A DNA stretch of 64,000 bases, from the NCBI GenBank assembly GCA_964016885.1, contig OZ024740.1:56544001-56608000 (forward strand), read 5' to 3'. The translations under genes and the position numbers were made by a program. This document shows, piece by piece, positions 51,718 through 63,386 of the stretch (positions within the stretch are counted from its first letter, which is position 1; every line of letters starts with the position of its first letter). Origin of the DNA: Eledone cirrhosa (taxonomy: Eukaryota). The notes beneath the pieces are model-generated. The model did no database searches, had not been told where the DNA came from, and saw nothing but the letters and a program-made list of their open reading frames with translations.

Positions 51718-54700
51718 GTGCGTGGGCTTGAGTGTGTGTCTGTGTGTGTGTGTGTATGTGTGGTGCGTGGGCTTGAGTGTGTGCAAGTATATTAATATAA
51801 TGTATCGTTCATTTTCAAGGAAGAGAAAAAAAATGGTGTCATTGCTGCAAGTGCTGGGAATCACGCATTGGCCCTCTCTTGTCATGGTAATGATTTAGGC
51901 ATTCACGTCACAGTTGTTATGCCTGTAATCGCTCCAATTATGAAAATCCAAGCTTGCCAACAATACAAAGCTACTGTCATTGTAAAAGGAGAAAATATTG
52001 CCGAGGTAAAATACAGTTGTTTTCTTCTTTTTTGTATGCTGTGTAATTCACGTTCTGAGTTCAAATCCTGCCGAGGTTATCTTTGCCTTTCATCCTAACT
52101 GGATCGATAAATTAAAACTCGATAAATAAAAATGCACTTGGATCGATTTAATCGACTTCCCCCAAAAAGCATTGATGATCTTGTGCCTAAATCAGAAGCC
52201 ATTATGTTGAGTAATCCTTGTAATCACAGCATGAAGCTACTTAAGGTACGTGGACGCTGAATGAGTTAAAGAGTTCGCTTCACAATCATTAGGTTTCGAG
52301 TTCGATCCCACTGCGTAACATCTTGGGTGAGTGTTATTTACAATACCCTCAGGTCAACTCATGATTTGGGAGCCATCGGATAGACTATATTTAATTAAAA
52401 GGGCAAGCCTTATCACAATCTGTATTACGCTGAATATCCCTGAGAATTAAGTTAAGGGTACAAATGTTTGTAGAATGCTCATTGACTTACACATTAATTT
52501 CACGAGCGGTTTGTTCCGTTAATCGAACAGCTAGAACACTCATCGTTGAAACCAACAGAGGTTCATTGTATTTCAGATACATGGGAGGTGTACAAAAGAC
52601 TTTAAACAGCCTGGCTACTGGTACAATTCTACTTTGGGATGAACTGAAATCGTGTCAGTCACTAAGTAGCAAAATTAAAACGAAATATTTTCATACAGCA
52701 TAATAGACTGTGCAATTAAGAAATGAACGAAATAAATATATATGGTTATATGATTCATAGCAGTATTTAATATAATTTTATTGAAGAAAGATTCTCTATG
52801 ATATTAAAAAGAAGTATCATTTCAGACAAAAATGGTTCAAAGAAATTATTTTGTGCCGCGTCGAACAGCGATAACCGAATATTTACATAGATTTTCATTC
52901 ACATCTATTACCTATAATTCAGTTTTTATGAATTATAAAGTAATGTGTACAGTCATGTTTTTATTTTAAAATATCAATACCGGTATTAAATATTTCAATG
53001 AACTAAATGCCTATTTAAATAACAGCTATAGTTATATATCTGGCATATACTGTGTATATAGTATTGTTGGTGCCCTCCCCGGGCGCCCTAGAAGCGTCGG
53101 GTAGTTCAGGATTGGTGGGGTACCTAAGTCGACCCTGGGTCGTCCACACCCCCTTTTGGGGAATTTATTTTGTTATGTTTATGCATAGTTTATTTTATAT
53201 TTTCATTGTTAAATTGGTTTTGCCATTACGCACTTTTACTCGAGCTTATTGTAAACCCCCACTGTCAGTGTCTTTGTATTGTCTCCTACATGTCGGCCTT
53301 TGTGGCCAATAAATGAAATCATTATTATCATTATAAAACAGGGTTAGGGCAGTGGATTGGTAGAATCGGTAGAGCGTCGGACAACATGCTTTGCAGCATT
53401 GAGTTACGCCCCTTTACGGTCTGAGTTCAAATCCCTGCCGGGTTTAACTTTGCCTTTCATCCTTATGGGGTCGATTAAATAAAGTACCAGTAACCACTTC
53501 GTCTTGGGAGAGAGAGATGATCTACACCTGCTTTTGGGTCATGTATTTTATTACGGATCTTAAGTGTCTTTAATGTTCCAACTTATGATGTTGAAACCAT
53601 AGGTGAGAACTTAGCAGCTTGGAACTATTTCAGTGCTCTTCAAAAGTATATCCCCGACCGTAATGCATTTTATCGGCTTTTTTCGGGGCGATCAATATAT
53701 TCTATATCCGGAGTATTTGGGGAGACGGACCGGGGAGGTCAGAATTTCAGCAATCCCACCGGAATTGGATATCTGGATCATGGCCTGCGCAGTCCTGGGG
53801 GCAAGAACACATCGGGAAAACTAGTAACGGATCAGTGTGAAGATACTCCTCCACATCACCTTATTCGCTTGCCGGGTGGAGTAGTGTTGCAGTAATTGGT
53901 CCGATCGTGTTTGATCTCTGATCTGAAGATATTTTCTTCTCTCCCTCTTCCTTCTTCCTTCCCAGAAGTCTTTGAAAAAGCTGATACGTATTGCCTTTCC
54001 AGCTCATTAAACGATAAAAAAAACACCTGGCATCGTGGAATTTTGGAAGTGACATATTTTATTTGATGCTGTTGCGGCCCTAACTAAACATTACCCGAGT
54101 AGGCCTATGGTCATATATTTCCCGGCCAGTATAATCTATTATTTCTTATTAAACTATATTGTTATAATACCAAACAAGGTGGCACATATTCCTTTATTAT
54201 GTTTAATAGTTAATTTTGTTTAAAATATCCCATAAACCATACAATATAATTCTGTTTCATCCACAGTCTCGAATTGTTGCATTGAAATTAGGCAAAGAAC
54301 ATAACTACACATATATTAACGGGTGAGTTATTCTTCACATTATTTCTCGGGAAAAATAAATGTGGAAAACACTGTTTAATGAGAATCATTTCTCTTCAAT
54401 CTATTTTATTCATATCACCATCACCATCATCGTCACCAGCAGCAGAAACAGCATTACGCTCATCTTTTCTAAGTTAATTTATTCATACTAGCATGGGTTG
54501 AACGGGTCTCTTTCAGCGCAGCTGAAGAAATATAGCACATGATCATGATTTAAAAGTTTGCTGTCTCTAGTAACTAAAAGAAAAAAAGTTGAATGGTGAA
54601 TGGCAGAAATGTATCAAACTATAGTTATCGTTGTTGAACCCACAGTGAGCAAGTCTTTATCAACAGCAAGTATTTGATCATCAGGGCTTCGGCTGTAAGC

Positions 54701-57700
54701 ATCCTATCTTTTATCTGCAATACTGTGTATAGGGAATCGTTATTTATTTCCATTTTTGTTAGATAATAAAACGTAAGATGGGTGAGATTTGGAGAAGGAT
54801 ATTAGCGTTCTTCTCCTGAAACAATTCTATTCCACTTTGTAACCGTTACTTTATTTACTACTAGCTGACGTACCCAGCTTCGCCCGGGTAAACAGATGAT
54901 AAGAGAAGACAGGTAAAAGAGAAAATGACTGTATTGGATGTTTGTCTGGTTACAGTATGAGGCGAGTCCGTGGTGTCTGTGTGACAGTAAAAAAGATCTT
55001 CCAGATATACCAGACTCTTCGTTGTACCGTTTGTGCATAGTACATGAACAATTCTAGGTGCTCCCACCTAGAATAGTGACCTCTAGGAGATGGTTCATCT
55101 TCTGCCTGACTGTAAAACGTGTATCATTGCATAGACGTGGTCGTTCCACGTTTCACAAAAGGATGATGGAAGTTCCAATCTTTTATATTTTATGTAGATA
55201 TAGATATAGATAATTAATATAAAAGATGATGCTCAGCCAGTTCGTCTTCAACCATCGCAGCACGCCGTCGTTGCTTGGCTCCAGTGTTTCGTTGGCGTTG
55301 TTCAGCCAGCTCCTCTTCATTCATGGCGGCACGTCTTCGCCTCTGAAGTTTGGCGTTGCGATGGTGCTGTTCGGCCCGTTTTTCTTCATTGCTGGCTGCA
55401 CGCCGTCGCCGCTGTAGTTCACTGTTTGATAAAGTCGAATTGCTTTTATTATCAGTATTCATTTCGAGCAATTGTCAAAAAAATGACACAATAATAAATA
55501 TAAAAGATGTATGTCAATGTAAAAAAAAGGTCCCCATTTACTCCCTTCACAACTCTGTGTATGTTAGACTGACAGACAGGCACACAGACAGATCAACTGC
55601 GTGGCGATAGTGGAACGCCGCACGTACGCACACATATACGCATGGAAACACGCACGCAAACTTACACACGCACCCGTGCACTTACACACACGCACACACA
55701 CATGTTGATAGTTTTTACTTTCTGTGGAACGCTGCACGCACACACACATAAACATACGCGCACGTACATACATACGCACACATGTTAATAGTTATTGTTT
55801 CCCTTCCCCTCTTATTTCCGCACACATCACGCACACATATGTCTCTACACTGACACATATACATAGTGTATCCAACTCAGCGTTCACTTTGCCTCTCTCT
55901 TTCTTACTCTCCCCTCTCACTCCCTCATTGGCATTATGCATATTAATTTTAATTTGGCGTCGTTGAGGTGGGCGCAGTCGTTTGAAACCTATGAACCAAT
56001 GATAATCGAGAATTATGACACGGAATACTGACATTGTTGAAATTAATATATAGATTTGCTAATGCAACCCTTTACTAGCTTACTTAAATTCTATTGTCCT
56101 TTAATTCAACCAATGCTTGATGGAAAATTATCCAACAAAAGGTCACTAAAAGGAAATACCTAATTCACCCCTAAATAATGGAAAGCAGTGATTCCTACAG
56201 AATTTGCTAGGGGCCTTAAGATCGGAGCTGGAAGGCAAGGATGCCGTAAGAGCTCATTAGGAGACAGGTGGGATGCCAGGGTCCGTTAGAAGGCAGGAAG
56301 GCTGGCAGAGATCGCTAGAAGATATGAGGGGCTGGAAGGGCTTGATAGATGGCAAAGAAACCTTGAGCGCTGGTTGAAATGCAAGTGGGTGGGGAGGGCT
56401 TGTTGGAAGGCAAGAGAGCTGTGAATGCGCGTTGGGGGACAAGGGGGCTGTGAAGGCCCATTGGAAGGCAAGGAGGCTGTGTGGTCTCGTTGGAAGGCAA
56501 AGATGTTGCGTTGAATCACTGGAGGGCAAGGAGGTTGAGGGCTCGTCGGAAGAGAAGGGAGCTGTGGAGGCTGTGAAGGCTGGTTGAAAATGAAACTGTG
56601 AGGGTTCACTGGAAGGCAATGAGGTTATGAAGGTCCGTTAGATAATTTGGGGGTTGTGACGGCTGGTTGGATGGTAAGAATCGTTTGTGGGGTCGTTGAA
56701 AGGCAAGGAAAGAGTAGAAAATAAATGGGCAACGTATAGAACTGTCATTTTTCTATGAAATATATATTTCTATAAAATTTAATTTTAAATGTATAATTTT
56801 TTTTATTAACTTTACAGAGAGGGCTCCGATGAAATATACTCTCTAAAAGGTGCTGGAAACTCTGATGTAAAGGATAAGCGAATGAATGTATTCTTTTACT
56901 GAGAATAACTTTTATTTTTTCTTCTTTTCCCTCTTTCTTTTTTTCTCTTTTATAATTCTATTACCCATGACAGGTTTGATCATCCAAATATTCTTGCTGG
57001 TGCAGGAACTATGGGGCTAGAAATTGTCGAGCAAGTTCCAGATATGGAATATTGCATCATTCCAATTGGTGGTGGAGGTCTAATAGCAGGAAGTGCTGTA
57101 GCAATTAAGTTTCTAATGCCAAAATGTAAAATTATTGTGAGTAATATTTTTAGTTTCTCTCTATCTAAATAAATAAAAAAAAGTGATTCAAAATAAAATG
57201 CGATGAAAAGTGATTCTAGTTTTTAGCAGTGCAGTGAAAGTTTCGGGCGTATTCCAGCCTTATTAGAACTAATTAGGGAAACATTCTTATCTGTACCACC
57301 AGACATCCGGGGGATATTTTAGAGTATGAATATGGTACACAATCATGCCTGATGCTTTGATAAAAGATAAATAAACAAAATAGAAAAAATGGAACTAGCA
57401 TATTTAAATTTTACGCGAATTGTTGTAAGTACATGATTATATGTTACACCTGTAAATGTGATCAAGGATACTATCACTTAATACTTAGATATGAAATACA
57501 CTGAACACCATAATGAACAGCAATACACATCTTGGACATACTTATTCTGAGTTCGCCGAATTATAAGTTCTGCTTTTTCTGCTCCCTCTAACAATATTCA
57601 TGGCATACCATGCCTGCTTTTTAGCCACATACCATACCTAGATTCTTCTTCTTCTTCTTCTTCTTCTTCTTCTTCTTCTTCTTGAGAGGTTCGCGGGGGG

Positions 57701-58687
57701 GCAGAGTCCTCAAACACTTTTTCCAGCGGATCTTATCAGAAGCGAGAGTCTCCAACTTATGCGGCAGGATCGCCAAGTGTGACCAGCCAAGCTCATGGAT
57801 GTTATCCAATTATCTTCCTGGAAGTCTACTCCTGGGTTTCTTGCCGGTTTGTTTGTCCCGTGAAATCTGTCCAGCGATTCTTTCCTGAGACATTCTAACC
57901 ACATGTCCATAGTATCGGATCTGTGATCTCTCAATTTGGAGAAGTAGTGGCTCTACCTGAAGTGACCCCCTGATCTCCGAGCTAGAGAGTCTTTTTGTAC
58001 CCTTGCTCGCTTAATAACATAATGGTACCAAGTGACTGTAAATAGTTTTGTTTCCTGGTGAGATTCAGAGAGATGTTTATATCCCATCATCAATATAACT
58101 AATTAAGTGGTTAATTAATTTAGTCGATTGGAATCGATTCTCTTTTAATCCAAACGTCTGTCGAAATAAATTATATGAAATGAATTAAGCCTATGCTTAT
58201 TTCCTCTGAGATGAATACTTATGCTCTGATTTTTCCCGTCTTGAATTAACTGGAATATACGCCCAGGGATTGCACCCTGGATTCTGTGACTTGCAGAATT
58301 TGACACGTGAATCACGTATGGAGCTTAAATGCACCTTGATAAAACATGAGTGGACATATTCACTTTCAATTGCTTTTTAGTCTAATGACTTCCTAAGTTA
58401 TTAACGCACTGTGATGATATATATTGTCTTTAATTCACCGAAACATCTTAGACCCACAACAGACAACTGAAGAGGAAAACTGTCTATGTTTGCGTTTCCT
58501 ATATTTTTCTAAACACTCTTTATTAGTAACCACACAGCACCTTCTCTCTTTCAATGCATATATATATATATAGGAACTAGTGGGACCCCTACTAGTCCTA
58601 CTAGTTCCTATTACCCACTCTACTACCCTAAGTATTGAGTACTTTGGTGCGTTATGGTCCACCTGGTTCCTTACCACATTTCCCCCG

Positions 58688-58751
<64 letters not shown>

Positions 58752-58869
58752 TAAGGAATCTTTAATTATTTTATGCAGATGATTATTAAACCATACGTTT
58801 TTATCTGGATTAAAAATGTTACAGTTGACTTTATGAAACCATGGTTTTAATAATTTTACGTCATACTCA

Positions 58870-58933
<64 letters not shown>

Positions 58934-61900
58934 TTTTCTAAACAAAACGGTGAGATTTTAGGAAAACTTTATTACTATGTCATGTTAAAATTTTTACAAT
59001 GTAACACTCGACTGTACTTCAGTACATTACAAATTTTCGATGATATTTTCCATTTTGTTTCATAGTTAAGGTTGATTAATGCTTAACATCTGTATAAAGA
59101 TAGGTAGGAATATACAGACTAGTATTACAGATAATAATAAAATGGGAATAATGAATTATAGATTAAAAGCTAAAATTATTTACTATAAATGATAGACACC
59201 GTATGTACTACTTTAAGAGCAAGAAGCCCACTAATGGGCTTTTGATCATACGTATCCATCGCTTGCTGAGCGAAAGCGTTGTTAATTAAAGTGCAAAGAA
59301 ATTTTTCCTCTCTAAATTAGTAATTTTAATGCTTGATATCATTGACGTTAAAACTGTAGCAGTTTGTTTGTGATGTTATTTCTTATAGTAAACATCTAAC
59401 ATCGAAATAGAAGACCTCGCTCTGCTTGATATTAGTACAATACATAACCTATCCTGTTAGTACTAAAGGATTAAAAAATAACTTGTAGGGATAAAATAAT
59501 ACAGTTAGAATGACAAAAATATTTACAATACCTAGTATGAGACAGCTAAATGGAAGGTGAACTGTAACGTAATGAGTAAAACCGTGACCTGGCAACTTAT
59601 AGATACATGGTTCAAGCTCTACCAGTGACTATGGTTATAATGATTAATATCGTATCCTTCCTTAGCTATATTATTGCTTGAAAAAATGTCTTCTCAAATA
59701 TTTAGTTTTATTTCCCTATGATCTCAATTTTTTTTATTTACTTTTAATCTGACAGGGAGTGGAGTCTGAGAGCTGTGCCAGTTACTCAGCAGCCATTAAG
59801 AATGGAAAGCCTGTCTTTACAACACCAAATTCAACTTTGGCTGATGGTAAGTGTTGCATGGAATTTAAAAGTGATCTGACAGTATCGGCAGAGCGTCGGA
59901 CAAAATGCTTTGCAACATTATTACAACTTTCTACGTTTTTAGTACAAATCCACTGAGATTAACTTTGCCTTTCATCCTTATGGGGTCGATAAAATACAGT
60001 ACCAATCACGCACTGGGATTGAGTTAATCGACTTTCCCCTCCCCCCAAATTGCTGGCCTTGTGCCTATATAAGAAACCATTATTATTGACAGGGCAGTGG
60101 ATTGGCAGTATCGGTAGAGCGTCAGACAATATGCTTTGTAGCATAGTTAAGGCTCTTTACGGTGTGAATTCAAATCCCGCTGAGGTTAGCTTTGCTTTTC
60201 AAGCTTACGGGGTCGATAAAATAAAGCAAAGCACCAGTAATGTACTGGGGTCGATTTAATCGACTTTACCCTCCTCCCAAATTGCTGGCCCTGTGCCTAA
60301 ATCAGAACCAATTATTATTATTATTGACAATAATTTAGTAATACAAGCACAACATAAATAATTTCAACACCGAAAAGTAAATTGAGTTAATATTTCTTTG
60401 ATATAGTTGATTTTTCTGATCATTAATAAATCAGTATATGATTTAATTAGATAGGTAAATTATGTATATTCTAATTCTGGTAGTGAGCATTTTTCTTAGT
60501 TTCGAGTTTATTTTGACCGGCCACCTCTGACTGCAAACTGTTAAAGAAAGGAAATTTCTCATCGTCTCTTTCGCAATCGTTCCCCGTTTGAATCTTTAAA
60601 ATGTTTTACAAATGTTTAAGGTTCCAGATATCATAGTTATTTGTAACTCCTTAAGGTGTTGCGCTCTTTCTCCAAGAAATCAAGTTCAGTCATAGTTTGT
60701 TTTAGAGGGTTGGGTATATATCCTATACATCCAAGAATAACAGGTATGAAACTAAACGTTACAAACGCCTCATGAATGGTTTCTTTTTTTTGTAATTTGT
60801 TTACTACATTAATATCAGATGGGCAGATGACTTCTACAACAGAGCATGTTTTTTATCTGTCGTCCCAAAACAACAATATCAGACCGGTTGTGTATTAAAT
60901 TGCCGGCAGTTATATATGTGTGTATGTATGTATGTATGTATGTACGTGGACAAAGAAATTATCGGGTTGGATATCCGATTGCGCGGTTAAACCACTGGGA
61001 GTGAAGGGCGCCTAACCTTTATCAGTGCATTCTTCTAGGAGAAGGCAACTTAGGAAACTGGGATAACACCGATGATGTTGATCTTTTCTTCTTTTCGGGT
61101 TACAGCTATTGTTGCTCAAGGAGTGGGATTGGCTCAGTGCACAGTCTTTCCTCACTTAAAAAATAATCTTCACGCACAGGCATTGCACGATGGTATTAAT
61201 TAATAATTATAAGAAACCATTAATTAATAATTATTAATAATGTTATATCGTGCAATGGCCATATTCGATACCGAGGGAGTAACCATCATGCATGCATGCA
61301 TACATGCATGTATGTATGTGCAAGTATTTCTTCACAATTCCTGCAATATTGGAAGAGTAACAACGTGTGCAGATCCGACTGTTTCGAAGTACATAGTCAC
61401 AAATCTACAGGTGGGTGATTCGAGTGTTATCCTGATGTCGCTACACTGTTACTCTGAACAGCAACATGCTTCAGCGGAATGTTGTGCATCTGAGCAGCCA
61501 TTTATGGTGATGCACTGCTCGCCCAAACCACATGGGAAGGGTCTAGAAAAGGTGACTTAAACAAACCCTGTTCAGTCATCAAACTGGCCGGCAGACTGCA
61601 GTTGGCGGTGGTTCATAATTGCAGGGAATTCGTTGAAGAGATGGCCGTCTTCTACAAAGTGGAAGTTATCTTGTATGTGTGTGTCTGAGTGAGTGTCTGT
61701 GTGTGTGTGTGTGTGTATGCATGTAAGTAAGGTTATCATTGACGGGGTGGGAGTAGGCCTGAAATTCTACTATCTAGTTAAATGCCCCAAACGACATGCG
61801 TCTCATATAGCCTCTGATAAACGTGACCCAACTCTTGGACTTCCCGTAGCGGATATGTTTAAAATTAACAATGAGAAAGAGGAAAGGCGAGTAACTGACG

Positions 61901-62448
61901 CCTTAAAACCAATTGCCCCGGGTAGACAAAATTCGTTAGCTTTGGATGGTAGACTATCTAGGAGTAGGATCACTCTAATTTCAAAACCAGTGTAGCTGGG
62001 ATGCATTTGAGCGCGGAAACTCAGAAATATCTCTGTTTGGTGAAAGGGTGCATAGTATGTTCATTGGGAGTGAATGACACCGAGCTGTCATTACGTAATT
62101 CTTCTATATGACGGAACACCGAAGGGAAACCTGTAGTTTACATGATTACAACTCATCTTTGTCTAGCATGCTCGGTATTTAAATAACATTTGTGTAAATG
62201 GCGCTACTATTGTCTCATAGGAACAATAGATAAAGTTTGTCAAGTATTGAAATAACATGAATATATTCACTGGTACTCCATGTAAACAAATAAATTATTC
62301 TATTCATCATATATTATTTACTCGCATATCCACAAGTATGACATTAATGTTTGCCTAATTTTATTATTCCAGGCCTTGCAGTTCCAATTGTTGGTTTCAA
62401 TGCATTTGCGACAGCTAAAAATCTAATTGACGAGGTCATAACAGTCAG
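38771..62448 (+). CDS. L-threonine ammonia-lyase / serine racemase-family PLP enzyme, exons 1-8 (about 305 codons), 3'-incomplete
   Basis: Eight exons join in consistent phase with GT-AG introns. The protein has fold-type II PLP motifs: TGSFKERG (PLP lysine), ASAGNH, GAGTMGLEI, PIGGGGL, GVE, TLADGLAVP. Confidence 0.93.
41101..41592 (-). mobile_element. three tandem SINE-A copies (intron 1)
   Basis: Family consensus match. Confidence 0.9.
42090..42625 (-). mobile_element. Tx1-like LINE 3' end
   Basis: ADLWSFVEQLSSRVGRIRLSA and downstream similarity to 30140-30700; ends ggtcctagtagccaataaagaaatcatc. Confidence 0.7.
42675..42890 (-). mobile_element. SINE-A
   Basis: Family consensus match. Confidence 0.85.
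43400..44340 (-). mobile_element. possible LINE ORF1 remnant; similar piece at 53600-53830(+)
   Basis: KRTVKVRI..PPALDLSWL resembles YLGRRTGEVRISAIPPELDIW; adjacent to Tx1-like ORF2. Confidence 0.35.
44345..45190 (-). mobile_element. Tx1-like LINE ORF2 C-terminal fragment
   Basis: WAERKLSLKGRAEVAN, GGLGMP, FQKSLAWQCYRGALPV, CPRC..VLHALVQC zinc knuckle. Confidence 0.85.
46470..46652 (-). mobile_element. SINE-A
   Basis: Family consensus match. Confidence 0.85.
47441..47511 (+). CDS. exon 2 (KSKMSNNLGMDLYFKKEFLQITGS)
   Basis: Acceptor CAG; donor GTATGT; phase 0 to 2; LYFKKEFLQxTGS motif. Confidence 0.92.
47930..48630 (+). mobile_element. CRE-like non-LTR retrotransposon 3' fragment (CCHC + RLE), intron 2
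   Basis: RLGLRVCEPH..CG..HPLSC..HAALND..DGKHPDGITFFP..LIWDAT..VETSG..LLQRVSLAIVREN. Confidence 0.82.
49235..49942 (+). mobile_element. SINE-A copies (49235-49450, 49760-49942) plus an inverted tail fragment at 49714-49760
   Basis: Family consensus match. Confidence 0.82.
50027..50072 (+). CDS. exon 3 (SFKERGARYTLLMLSP), PLP lysine
   Basis: ttcttttcacattcAG acceptor; GTGAGT donor; phase 2 to 0. Confidence 0.93.
50313..50725. mobile_element. MITE with ~50-60-bp TIRs
   Basis: aatgtaatctgagtttttagaatattaataataatattcgattcgtttgcaa / ttgcaaatgaatcgaatattattattaatattcgaaaagctcagattacatt. Confidence 0.75.
51005..51107. repeat. imperfect ~100-bp hairpin
   Basis: tagaaatga..tagaactgtttcgtt / aacgaaacagttttag..tcatttcta. 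Confidence 0.65.
51443..51785. repeat. compound (GT)n/GGTGTGCGTGGGCTTGA minisatellite
   Basis: About 10 units; ends ~35 nt before exon 4. Confidence 0.85.
51820..52005 (+). CDS. exon 4 (EEKKNGVIAASAGNHALAL...VKGENIAE)
   Basis: AAG acceptor; GTAAAA donor; 62 codons; SAGNH and VVMP motifs. Confidence 0.92.
53075..53334 (+). mobile_element. Tx1-like LINE 3' UTR/tail, followed by SINE-A at 53347-53495
   Basis: aggattggtggggtacct and cactgtc motifs as at 30540-30695; ends ggcctttgtggccaataaatgaaatcattattat. Confidence 0.6.
54267..54322 (+). CDS. exon 5 (SRIVALKLGKEHNYTYING)
   Basis: ccacAG acceptor; GTGAGT donor; phase 0 to 2. Confidence 0.9.
54861..55210 (-). mobile_element. non-autonomous Helitron with Pif1-helicase C-terminal remnant
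   Basis: A|TC 5' end at 55210; VGAPRIVHVLCTNGTTKSLVYLEDL; tacccgggcgaagctgggta hairpin then CTAG|T at 54861. Confidence 0.8.
55225..55507 (-). mobile_element. probable Helitron 5' fragment with 23-aa STPR-like repeats
   Basis: LQRRRRAASNEEKRAEQHHRNAK / LQRRRRAAMNEEELAEQRQRNTG / AKQRRRAAMVEDELAE. Confidence 0.6.
56229..56710. repeat. degenerate ~29-bp minisatellite (GGAAGGCAAGGAGGCTGTGAAGGCCCGTT-like)
   Basis: Recurring ggaaggcaa at ~29-bp spacing. Confidence 0.7.
56974..57136 (+). CDS. exon 6 (FDHPNILAGAGTMGLEIVEQVP...PIGGGGLIAG...CKII)
   Basis: Polypyrimidine tract plus CAG; GTGAGT donor; tetraglycine PLP-phosphate loop. Confidence 0.95.
57643..57905 (-). mobile_element. RTE-like LINE 3' end with (GAA)n tail
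   Basis: GKKPRSRLPGR*LDNIHELGWSHLAI..DKIRW..LPPR then AAG repeats. Confidence 0.7.
58571..58690. mobile_element. hairpin element, copy D (internally deleted) in (TA)n
   Basis: taggaactagtgggac/gtcctactagttccta stem plus conserved tail. Confidence 0.8.
59756..59846 (+). CDS. exon 7 (GVESESCASYSAAIKNGKPV...STLADG)
   Basis: CAG acceptor; GTAAGT donor; phase 0 to 1. Confidence 0.93.
59875..60325 (+). mobile_element. two tandem SINE-A copies just after exon 7
   Basis: Family consensus match. Confidence 0.85.
60620..60895 (-). mobile_element. R4/NeSL-like RLE endonuclease remnant
   Basis: HNRSDIVV, KTCSVVEVICPSDINV, FIPVILGCIG across frames. Confidence 0.6.
62373..62448 (+). CDS. exon 8 (LAVPIVGFNAFATAKNLIDEVITV)
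   Basis: ttccAG acceptor; GTAAAT donor; phase 1 to 2. Confidence 0.92.
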
Positions 62449-62675
62449 GTAAATCTAGATCCTGTAAATTGATGCTTTAGCTTTACAATGTTCAATAAAT
62501 TTCTAAAGATATAGGTAGGACAAATGATTTAGCTTTGCTTTTAATCAAAGATAAAACCACATCAAAGAACATGGGACCATTTGAAGGTTAAATGACATTG
62601 CATAACAGACTGCAAAACTCACTGTAGTAAATGAAAGAAACCAATTATAAAGCATGTGAAATATCATACATATAG

Positions 62676-62724
<49 letters not shown>

Positions 62725-62791
62725 CACACACAGACACATATATATATATATATGCACATGTATATAAATATATTTATATATACATAAATAT

Positions 62792-62831
<40 letters not shown>

Positions 62832-62833
<2 letters not shown>

Positions 62834-62950
62834 TTCTAAGGCGGGTAAAATCCCCGAGGTCCATGGACGAGTTCTCTCCAGCGGTCTCTGTCCCTCATTA
62901 TCGCTGCCATGTCCTGCGTCTCCAACAGACCAGTGTCTGTCCTTAGGGCA
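62832..62950 (-). mobile_element. RTE-like 3' terminus, same family as 37972-38387
   Basis: Reverse-complement match to ~38277-38385; TA runs on both sides. Confidence 0.85.
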
Positions 62951-63139
62951 TATATATATTAGTAAAAGGAAAAGAAAATGCTGACAAATTTTTCCCAGTG
63001 AAAAATAGTTTAATTAGGAATAAGTAAAAATTAGTAATAAGTATTGGTTAGTATTCAGTTTTAGTTTTAAGTTTTTACCGGTTGCGCATTTCTAATGCTT
63101 TTCAAAAATAATTTTGAGATAGAGCGCTCGTGATGTTTG

Positions 63140-63197
<58 letters not shown>

Positions 63198-63207
63198 TAT
63201 ATATATA

Positions 63208-63321
63208 TTCGTATTTCTAAAGAAATTCGGTATACTTATAGATAAACATTTAGAAAGCCTAGAGGGCGATAGCCACCTGTGTTTTATCTATAAACATATC
63301 GTATTTCTTTAGAAATACGAA
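63208..63321. repeat. imperfect hairpin after (TA)n
   Basis: ttcgtatttctaaagaaat / atttctttagaaatacgaa. Confidence 0.7.
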
Positions 63322-63386
63322 ATTTCAATACATATCTGTATACAGCTAAGCTCGAAGCTAAATCATAATTCTATTATATATATATA

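Noticed and set aside
56810-56875. CCGATGA..GAAAC hammerhead-like motif
   Set aside because: Stem II does not pair convincingly and there is no UH site in register
58460-58505. CTGAAGA plus a GGAAA/TTTCC stem
   Set aside because: GAAA and stem III are missing
61693-62006. ORFs in intron 7 as extra exons
   Set aside because: Exons 7 and 8 join in phase (ADG-LAVP); no supporting motifs
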